Below are positions 59,980-64,000 of a DNA stretch of 64,000 bases, piece by piece. The stretch covers positions 73,988-137,987 of the forward strand of contig JAXGYV010000002.1 of the NCBI GenBank assembly GCA_040772045.1, read 5' to 3'. The notes under the pieces are model-generated. The model saw only the letters and a list, made by a program, of their open reading frames with translations, had not been told where the DNA came from and did no database searches. Each line of letters begins with the position of its first letter. The stretch's first letter is position 1. The stretch is from Thermoleophilia bacterium (GTDB lineage: Bacteria; Actinomycetota; Thermoleophilia; UBA2241). A program made the position numbers and the translations under genes.

Positions 59980-60628
59980 GCTCGCGCAACGCGTCGGCGG
60001 CGATCCAGCGGCCGCTGCGCGAGCCATCGTGCGCAATGCACTGCGCCGTGCGCACCGCGGCCGCGCGCAGGGCCGCGTTCCGCTTGCCGATCTGGCGGAG
60101 CGCCCAGTTAACCGCTTTCTTCACGAAGTTGCGCTCGTCGCCAGCCTCGCGGCGCACGACCGGCAGCAGCTCGAGAAACGCTTGGTCGTGCGCCGACTTG
60201 TCGTGTACCGCGAGCGCCGCCATGAGGACAAAGCCGGCACGCTTAATGAATTCCTCCTCACGTCCGCTCCACTCCGCCGCCTTTGTCCAAGCGAAGACCG
60301 TGCGGTCGAACAAGCTAGAACAGACCTGGTCGCACACGTCCCAGGAGTCGAAGTCCGTGGCCCACTGCTCCATCTGCTCCTCGTCTACCTGCCGCGGATC
60401 GTCGACGAACGCGGCCAGGATGCGCGCCTCGTGAATACCGGTCCGCCACAGATCCAGCGCCAGCGCGTGATCGGTCTTCAAGCGCCCCGCGATCCGCCTC
60501 AGGACGGGGATGGAGATGCCCAGCGTCCCCTCAGGAGAGATCCCCACGTGTTCCATCCCCGCCACGGCCGCCGGGTCGGCCAGGTCGCGCAGCTCCGCGA
60601 CCACATCCTCGCACCGCGATCTTTCCAT
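59936..60628 (-). CDS. DNA alkylation repair protein (AlkD/AlkC-like HEAT-repeat fold)
   Basis: 230 aa. The sequence is all-helical and includes LW..GIHEARILA, WD.CD..C..LF and VKKAVNWALRQIGKR. GGGAGG Shine-Dalgarno sequence. Confidence 0.8.
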   Translation of the reverse strand: MERSRCEDVVAELRDLADPAAVAGMEHVGISPEGTLGISIPVLRRIAGRLKTDHALALDLWRTGIHEARILAAFVDDPRQVDEEQMEQWATDFDSWDVCDQVCSSLFDRTVFAWTKAAEWSGREEEFIKRAGFVLMAALAVHDKSAHDQAFLELLPVVRREAGDERNFVKKAVNWALRQIGKRNAALRAAAVRTAQCIAHDGSRSGRWIAADALRELNSENVRRRLGASG

Positions 60629-60695
60629 CCGCCGCCCCTCCCCCGCTCATCGCTTCCGCCATCCGCGTGGCGACGCAGGCTCAACTCCCCGCCAC

Positions 60696-60725
60696 CTGAC
60701 GAACCTAGCAGACTTGGCGTAGAAT
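60696..60725 (+). promoter_or_regulatory. Promoter candidate for the radical SAM gene (CTGACG - 18 nt - TAGAAT)
   Basis: Hexamers at 60696-60701 and 60720-60725. These imply a leader of about 145 nt before ATG 60879, which has an AAGGAGGGGG Shine-Dalgarno sequence. Confidence 0.4.
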
Positions 60726-60878
60726 ACCGCGCGAGGATGCCACGGTGGCCACAGTAGATTCGTCTTCATTCATTCGGCCTCATGGCAGTGTTGGCGCAGC
60801 CATCCGTGCTTCCTCCGCTTCTCACCAGCCGTCGTCGCCCAGGCTGGTCACTACAGCTCCGCAAGGAGGGGGCATGGT

Positions 60879-62276
60879 ATGAGCTCGCGAACGTCACTTT
60901 ATTCCGCGCTGCAACGCAAGACCATCGATCAGATGCTGCGTCTTGCTACCAGCGAGAACAAGAAGAGCATCCTCCTCGCGGCCCAGCTCGCCGAGAAGAT
61001 GACGCCAGCCCATCGCAAGCGCGAGGTCGCCTGGGTCATTGACCAAATCCGCGAGGACAAGCCGGTCTTGCAGATCGCCCGCCATGTGGCGCGCGACCTG
61101 AACTCCACGGTGCGCAAGGCCGTCATCCAGAGCCTCATCCTCAACGGCCTGCTGCAGGCGTCCAGCACGCGCGCCGCTTTCACAGCACGGACTGGCGCGC
61201 ACACCCCCCTCGTGCTGCTCATCAGCCCCACCATGCGCTGCAACCTCTCTTGTGAGGGCTGCTACGCAGCCGAGTACTCCCCAGACGCGGACATGAGCCA
61301 CGAGATGCTGCAGAGCATCATCCGGCAAGCCAACGACATCGGCATCTACATCTTCACGATCCTCGGCGGCGAGCCGTTCGTGCGTAAAGACATCCTCGAT
61401 CTCGCCGCCGAGAACCCGGACTCCTTCTTCCAGATCTACACCAACGGCACCATGATCACCGACGCCACCATCGCCCGGCTGGCGCAGATCGGCAACGTGG
61501 CCCCCATGCTCAGCATCGAGGGCGACCGCGAGTCCACCGACGTCCGCCGCGGTCCCGGCGTGTACGACCTCATCATGGATACCATGGGCAAGCTCGGAGA
61601 CGCGGGCGTCGGCTTCGGCTATTCGGCTACCATCACGCGCCACAATTTCCGCTTCATCGCCAGTTCGGCCTTCGTGGACCCGCTGGTCGAAAAGGGCTGC
61701 ATCATGGGCTGGAACTTCCTCTACATGCCTATCGGCCGCAACCCCGACATGAGCCTCATGCTCACCCCACAGGAACGCAACGAGTTCCGCGAGGGCATCC
61801 TCCAGATACGCGAAACGCGACCGTTGTTCGCCCTCGATTTCTGGGGGGACGCACCGTTGGTCGGCGGGTGCATCGCCGCCAAGTGGTACGCCCACATCAA
61901 TAGCGAAGGCTGGGTGGAACCCTGTATCTTCGCCCACTACGCAACGCACAACATCAACACGAGCACGCTCGAGGAAGCGCTCACCTCCCCCTACTTCAGG
62001 GAGATCCAGAGGCGACAGCCGTTCAACCACAACCTGCTCATGCCGTGCATGCTGATCGACAACCCCCAGCAGTCACGCGAGATCATGGAGCTCACGGGCG
62101 CCCGGCCCACGCATCCGGGAGCCGAGACCCTTTTCGAAGAGCTGGTACCAGCTATCGACGAATACGCCGCCGAGGTCGACCGCGTCTACACCCCCGTGTG
62201 GTCGTGCATGGGCGGCGATCCGCTGACCAAGTACACCGAGGCCCGTAAGCAGCGCCAGAGCGCGGCCGAAGGCTAA
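60879..62276 (+). CDS. Radical SAM enzyme of unknown substrate, with a helical N-terminal extension of about 115 aa and a Cys-containing C-terminal extension
   Basis: The CxxxCxxC cluster motif is RCNLSCEGCY. The GGE-type motif reads ILGGEPF, and YTNGT follows. Later conserved-looking cysteines are GGC, EPC and MPC. No SPASM CxxCx5Cx3C motif is visible. Confidence 0.85.
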   Translation: MSSRTSLYSALQRKTIDQMLRLATSENKKSILLAAQLAEKMTPAHRKREVAWVIDQIREDKPVLQIARHVARDLNSTVRKAVIQSLILNGLLQASSTRAAFTARTGAHTPLVLLISPTMRCNLSCEGCYAAEYSPDADMSHEMLQSIIRQANDIGIYIFTILGGEPFVRKDILDLAAENPDSFFQIYTNGTMITDATIARLAQIGNVAPMLSIEGDRESTDVRRGPGVYDLIMDTMGKLGDAGVGFGYSATITRHNFRFIASSAFVDPLVEKGCIMGWNFLYMPIGRNPDMSLMLTPQERNEFREGILQIRETRPLFALDFWGDAPLVGGCIAAKWYAHINSEGWVEPCIFAHYATHNINTSTLEEALTSPYFREIQRRQPFNHNLLMPCMLIDNPQQSREIMELTGARPTHPGAETLFEELVPAIDEYAAEVDRVYTPVWSCMGGDPLTKYTEARKQRQSAAEG

Positions 62277-62298
62277 CGACTGGCGAGCTCACCGGAAG

Positions 62299-62362
62299 CG
62301 TGAGGACCGGGCGCCGTCAACGGCGCCCGGTCCCTCACGTGCGCTCGCCACTTCGCGAGCGC
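62299..62362. terminator. Two GC hairpins in the convergent spacer between the radical SAM gene and the CPA2 antiporter gene
   Basis: The first is an 18-bp stem with one bulge and a 4-nt loop at 62299-62339 (CGTGAGGACCGGGCGCCG-tcaa-CGGCGCCCGGTCCCTCACG). The second is GCGCTCGC-cacttc-GCGAGCGC at 62341-62362. Neither has a U tract. Confidence 0.5.
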
Positions 62363-62413
62363 GCACACCCGTACGCTCGCCCACCCGCCGGCGAGCTCGC
62401 GAGCTGCTGAGCG

Positions 62414-63559
62414 CTACCTCTCGCTCGGCGGCCGCACGCGGAGCAGTCCGGCAAGCCGGGTGGCGAGCGGGCCTAGAAGGGCGGTCAGCAGAACGTACGC
62501 TACCGCCAGCGGACCCAAACCAGACTCCACACCGCCCAGCAGCGCCAGGCCAGCGATCACGATGGAGAACTCGCCGCGCGGCATGAGGGCCGTGCCGGCG
62601 CGCACCCGCCCGGGCATGCTCACCACCTTGCGAGTGGCAAACCAGCCGGTGAGCAGCTTGGTAATCATGCTGACGCCCGCCAAGGCGAGCGCCGGACCGG
62701 CCCAGCGTGGCAGCGCGGCCATATCGACCTGCATGCCGAAGAGCACGAAGAAGACCGCGGCCAGGAGATCGCGCAGCGGCCCGATAACCGCGCGTGCGCG
62801 ATCGACCAGGGGGCCCGACAACGCGATGCCGAGCAGAAACGCGCCCACGGCGGCGGAGAAGTGCAGCAGCTCGCCCACGCCGGCGAGCACCAGCAACACG
62901 CCGAGCACGCTGAGCAGCAGCACCTCGTCGGAGCCATGGGAGATCAGTCCGCTCACATCGCCGCCGTGCCGCGTAGCCACGTAGAGCACCAGCGCCACGG
63001 TGGCGGCGGCGGCGATAATCGAGAGAGATCCCGACACCACGCCGCCGCCGCCAACAAGGGCCACCGAGACCAGCGGAAGATACACGGCCATCGCCAGATC
63101 CTCCGTTACCAACACGGAGAGGATGGCCGGCGTCTCCGCGTTGCCCAACCGGTCGAGGTCGTCGAGCACCTTAGCCACGATGCTCGATGAGGAGATGTAG
63201 CTGACGCCGCCGAGCAGCACCGCCGCCAGCAGAGACCAGTCCAGGAGGAGCGCCAAAGCGAACCCGGGCGTGAAGTTGAGGATGAAGTCGACCACACCAG
63301 CCAGCCGGCCGGCGCGTAGGCTGGCGGCGAGATCCTCACCCGTGTACTCGAGACCCAGCATGAAGAGCAACAGAGCGACCGCCACCTGTGACTCCACGGC
63401 GATCGCTTGAGTGGAGAGCTGGGTCGGGACGACGGCGTTCATCACCAGGCCAGCGACCAGATAGAGCGGGATAGGCGAGAATCCGATGCGTGCGGCCAAG
63501 CGGGCCAGCAACGCAAGAGCGAGAACAATGGCCCCGAGCTCGAGGAGGAGCGTGGCCAT
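62414..63559 (-). CDS. Cation:proton antiporter (CPA2, KefB/KefC-like membrane domain)
   Basis: 381 aa with about 12 TM helices. The N-terminus MATLLLELGAIVLALALLARLAARIGFSPIPLYLVAG is typical of the Na_H_Exchanger family. Confidence 0.85.
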   Translation of the reverse strand: MATLLLELGAIVLALALLARLAARIGFSPIPLYLVAGLVMNAVVPTQLSTQAIAVESQVAVALLLFMLGLEYTGEDLAASLRAGRLAGVVDFILNFTPGFALALLLDWSLLAAVLLGGVSYISSSSIVAKVLDDLDRLGNAETPAILSVLVTEDLAMAVYLPLVSVALVGGGGVVSGSLSIIAAAATVALVLYVATRHGGDVSGLISHGSDEVLLLSVLGVLLVLAGVGELLHFSAAVGAFLLGIALSGPLVDRARAVIGPLRDLLAAVFFVLFGMQVDMAALPRWAGPALALAGVSMITKLLTGWFATRKVVSMPGRVRAGTALMPRGEFSIVIAGLALLGGVESGLGPLAVAYVLLTALLGPLATRLAGLLRVRPPSER

Positions 63560-63572
63560 CGGCGGCAGCTGC

Positions 63573-64000
63573 TTAGCAGGACGAGAGCAAAGCGCTCAAG
63601 CCGTCGACGCCTTGCCGCGTACCCACCAGCACCGCCGTGTCGCCGGCCTTGATCGCGAAGGCGGAAGGGGGCGAGGCGATGGTCTGGGCATCGCGGATCA
63701 CCGCGACGACCGAGGCGGCGAAGTCCTCCAGGTGCTCCACCTCGTGGAGCGTTCGCCCAGCGCACTCCGATCCCTCGGCCACCTCCACCCAATCGATGGC
63801 CAGTCCCCCCAACGCGAGCTGCAGCCGTGCGGCCTCCTCGGTCACGTGAGAGACGCCCAAGGCCTCGATCAGCGCGTGGACCTCCTCCTCATCGAGGTGC
63901 AACACGTCCTGGCAGACGTCTGGATCGTGCGGGCTGCAGACGATCACATCGCGGCGGCCGCTGCGGTGGATGATGACGCCTACCCGGCCGCCGTTCCTGG
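63573..64000 (-). CDS. TrkA-C/RCK_C domain regulatory protein, 5' end beyond the window
   Basis: Contains an RCK_C unit (EGSECAGRTLHEV......ASVVAVIRD.......P.....I.AGD.AVLVG). The frame stays open upstream of GTG 63947 to the window edge (..GRVGVIIHRSGRRD), which suggests a preceding RCK_C unit. It lies 13 nt upstream of the antiporter gene. Confidence 0.7.
   Translation of the reverse strand, partial: RNGGRVGVIIHRSGRRDVIVCSPHDPDVCQDVLHLDEEEVHALIEALGVSHVTEEAARLQLALGGLAIDWVEVAEGSECAGRTLHEVEHLEDFAASVVAVIRDAQTIASPPSAFAIKAGDTAVLVGTRQGVDGLSALLSSC

Noticed and set aside
60730-60878. Riboswitch or upstream small ORF (60782..61042, 86 aa) in the radical SAM leader.
   Set aside because: I could not match the leader to any riboswitch class by eye (no SAM, cobalamin or THF-like conserved cores). 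The 86-aa ORF overlaps the radical SAM start in another frame, has no Shine-Dalgarno sequence and has low-complexity composition.
1-64000. CRISPR arrays, rRNA genes, insertion sequences, toxin-antitoxin pairs and recognisable defence systems.
   Set aside because: No regularly spaced direct repeats with unique spacers were seen. No 16S/23S/5S-like sequence, transposase or integrase motif, or recognisable defence-gene domain was seen either. The only repeats are the short tandem ones reported above.

Overview
High-GC (about 70%) chromosomal core region, most likely from a deep-branching Actinomycetota-like bacterium. The taxon is an inference from synteny: rpsT-holA-comEC-comEA-leuS, and a dcw cluster without ftsA. 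The window is densely coding. It holds a complete division/cell-wall cluster on the minus strand (mraZ-rsmH-ftsL-ftsI-murE-murF-mraY-murD-ftsW-murG-murC-ftsQ-ftsZ) followed directly by secD-secF. It also holds leuS, one tRNA-Ala(GGC), pyrF, otsB, pcrA/uvrD and two cation/proton antiporters. A sulfur-metabolism string cysK - ThiF/MoeB-like E1 - LarE-like PP-loop ATPase - cysE lies on the minus strand. Other genes are a fused PafB-PafC-like WYL regulator coupled to a LarA-family gene, a 1446-aa BCR/HAD-family protein with two fused activase domains, an orphan STAS / zinc-ribbon / STAS trio, and a radical SAM enzyme of unknown substrate. I found no CRISPR array, rRNA, transposase or integrase. 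The points most worth follow-up are listed here. (1) A phased four-unit MraZ-box array sits on top of the mraZ promoter and start. (2) The PcrA C-terminal Tudor-like domain is in a different frame from the helicase body. (3) A triple tandem repeat after the tRNA builds two chained mini-ORFs in front of a spermidine-synthase-like gene. (4) A promoter / hairpin / T6 unit upstream of holA may be a small RNA or an attenuator. (5) ThiF-like and LarE-like genes are embedded between cysK and cysE, with no sulfur-carrier gene visible. (6) A LarA homologue keeps the nickel-pincer residue spacing and overlaps the regulator stop in a GTGA junction. (7) GTGA start/stop overlaps are pervasive. All functional calls rest on motif recognition by eye, and no database search was run.
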